Positions 21,744-23,627 of a DNA stretch of 23,627 nucleotides are shown here, piece after piece. The stretch comes from Octopus sinensis (Eukaryota): assembly GCF_006345805.1 (NCBI RefSeq), contig NW_021836597.1, positions 1 to 23,627 of the forward strand, written 5' to 3'. The position numbers and the translations under genes were made by a program. The notes beneath the pieces are model-generated. The model saw only the letters and a list, made by a program, of their open reading frames with translations. It ran no database searches and was not told where the DNA came from. Each line of letters starts with the position of its first letter. Position 1 is the first letter of the stretch.

Positions 21744-22244
21744 CACACTAATATACATACATGCATACATACATTATACATACATACAGTGTTTAAAATC
21801 GCGCTTTATTTGTCGACAAAAAGCCATGGAGTTAAAGAGAGATCCACAATATGATCGCTGCACCGGACGTATTGGATAATATTGTTCAAGATATACAACG
21901 CGTGAAAAAGAGGAGTCGGAGATAGTCACGGCTAGAATCCCTTTCACTACGAGTCTGCTTTATCAATGATCATTTTGGGCTAAATAGCAACAATAAGACG
22001 CCATTTTGCTTTGTCAACCGTAGATGATGGCGGAAAGTACATTTCTTTTAACTGTACTGCCTTTGGAGGAAATAAGGAAGCGAGGAATACGATTTATAAG
22101 AAAAGGTTGTCTATATTTCACACAAGTGACGGATTCAGTCATTTAATGGACGCCAAAAGGCTTTTTATCTTTACATCATCGTTGGTATTTCACTTACGTA
22201 TAGCCTCTGCTAGATTTCCTATATTATGCGTATACGGTTACACA

Positions 22245-22650
22245 TACACATTAATATGTCACACTCTAACACAGTAACGTACTCAAATTAAACTGTGACA
22301 TACACACACCGCTGTTGCAATATACACACGTTAGCAGAGTAACATATACACTTTTACACAGTAAAATATATACACACATAAACATGCATACTTAAATTCA
22401 GTTACATAAAGGCACTAACACGCACATTACATAGTAACACATGCTAATACAGTACCATACATTAAGGCAGCTATATATACACATTAACACAGTAATATAC
22501 ACATACTAATACAGCAGTATAATCACACTAACACAGCAACATACGTACATTAATACAATAACATACACAGACTAACAGAATAACATACACACAAATACAG
22601 CAAATTATACGCATTTGCACACCAACATACACTAACACACCACCATACAT
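22245..22650. repeat. Degenerate minisatellite, unit about 20-24 bp
   Basis: Repeated variants of CACATTAACACAGTAACATATA. Confidence 0.75.
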
Positions 22651-22743
22651 GCTTACAAATATTAGCTTATATATGTGTGTTACTCGGCATATATGTATTT
22701 TAATTTATGTATATCTATATGTGAATAATCATATAAATATATA

Positions 22744-23308
22744 TTGGGTTGTCCGGAAAGTTCGTGCCAAATCATAGTAGCTTATCTTTCGACTTATTTT
22801 AGAACATGGTTGAGTCCATAAAATAGGATTTGACTACACCTCCATTTAGAGCACAGTTTAAGCTATCTTTTCGTGGAAGAAGGTTTATGTTCCTATAACC
22901 TGTGTTAATTCTGTAGCCCTTTAAAATGGAAGATAAGAAAGTTCATTTTCGGCACTTGATGCTTTGGGAACCAGACAAAAATTGCTGCAACTCGGCTGGG
23001 ATGTGTTACTCCTCCCTCCATATTCACCAGATATTGCTCCTTCGGATTTTCACTTATTCAGGTCTCTGCAGAATAGTCTTAAAGGTAAACATTTCAATTC
23101 CTTGGATGACGTAAAAAGATACCTCGATGAATTCTTTGCCATGAAACAACCTCAATTCTGGGAAGAGGGTATTTTCAAGTTAAAGGAAAGATGGAGACGC
23201 ATTGTGCAACAAAATGGTTCATTTTGGTTGATTAAAAATGTAATGACAAGTATTTATTGATCTTTTTCTTTCCTTTAAAAATCAGCATGAACTTTCCGGA
23301 CAACCTAA
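22744..23308 (+). mobile_element. Non-autonomous mariner (internal deletion derivative) with intact TIRs and TA target duplication
   Basis: TA|TTGGGTTGTCCGGAAAGTTCGTGC ... GCATGAACTTTCCGGACAACCTAA|TA. N-terminus MEDKKVHFRHLMLWE (22926) is joined near 22970 to the C-terminus RQKLLQLGWDVLLLPPYSPDIAPSDFHLFRSLQNSL..., containing the YSPDxAPSD motif. Confidence 0.95.
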
Positions 23309-23627
23309 TACATATTATATATATATATATATATACGTGTGTGTGTGTGTGTGCGTGTGTGTGTGATGTGTGTATGTGTGTGTGCGTACGTATCTATACA
23401 CAATGACTGCATATTCCAATTTAATTGATAATGTTAAATTGCAATTTGCTGAAAAGAAAATCAGCATTATGTAATCACATCGGCAGAGTAGATACACATA
23501 TAAATGTGTGTGTGTGTGTGTGGTGTTGTGTGTGTGTGGTGTGGTGTGTTGTGTGTGGGTGTGTGGTGTGTGTGTGTGTGTGTGTGTGAAAGAACATGCG
23601 TATGAGTGTATACAAATGAGTATTTAT

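Noticed and set aside
22024-22105. Possible exon DDGGKYISFNCTA resembling the Ig DxGxYxC motif
   Set aside because: The motif spacing is wrong, the donor is weak, and the phase is incompatible with exon C, whose successor must start with PEN.
912-23497. Many ORFs rich in YI, HT, MYVC, ER, LS or poly-E/K/G
   Set aside because: They are translations of (TA)n, (CA)n, (TACA)n, (CT)n and (GAA)n microsatellites, with no protein motifs.

Overview
Repeat-dense, AT-rich eukaryotic DNA, most likely from an octopus or related coleoid. This is inferred from the tRNA-SINE families and the extreme microsatellite load. The + strand carries three short exons of a myosin light chain kinase (MLCK/MYLK-like, CAMK group) gene: 8020-8113, 11973-12176 and 14256-14397. 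They splice in frame through GT-AG introns to give ...YEISDVLLGRGKFGEV...FAAKFV...NEIEIM...GGELFERV...HLDMK, covering kinase subdomains I-VIb. I found neither the upstream exon nor the next 'PEN' exon in the window. The non-coding DNA holds at least three tRNA-derived SINE families, two mariner elements (a TIR/TA-intact deletion derivative and a decayed copy), decayed CR1/L2-type LINE fragments, a possible Helitron, a minisatellite and many microsatellites. Most ORFs in the supplied track are translated microsatellites. Two things stand out. First, an antisense 28S rRNA domain V fragment sits inside a tRNA-SINE at about 2918-3168. Second, there is a series of sequence-unrelated, mostly ungapped, short-loop fold-back palindromes of 42-493 bp. 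Several are next to (TA)n tracts, and the four largest simple hairpins cluster around the middle kinase exon.
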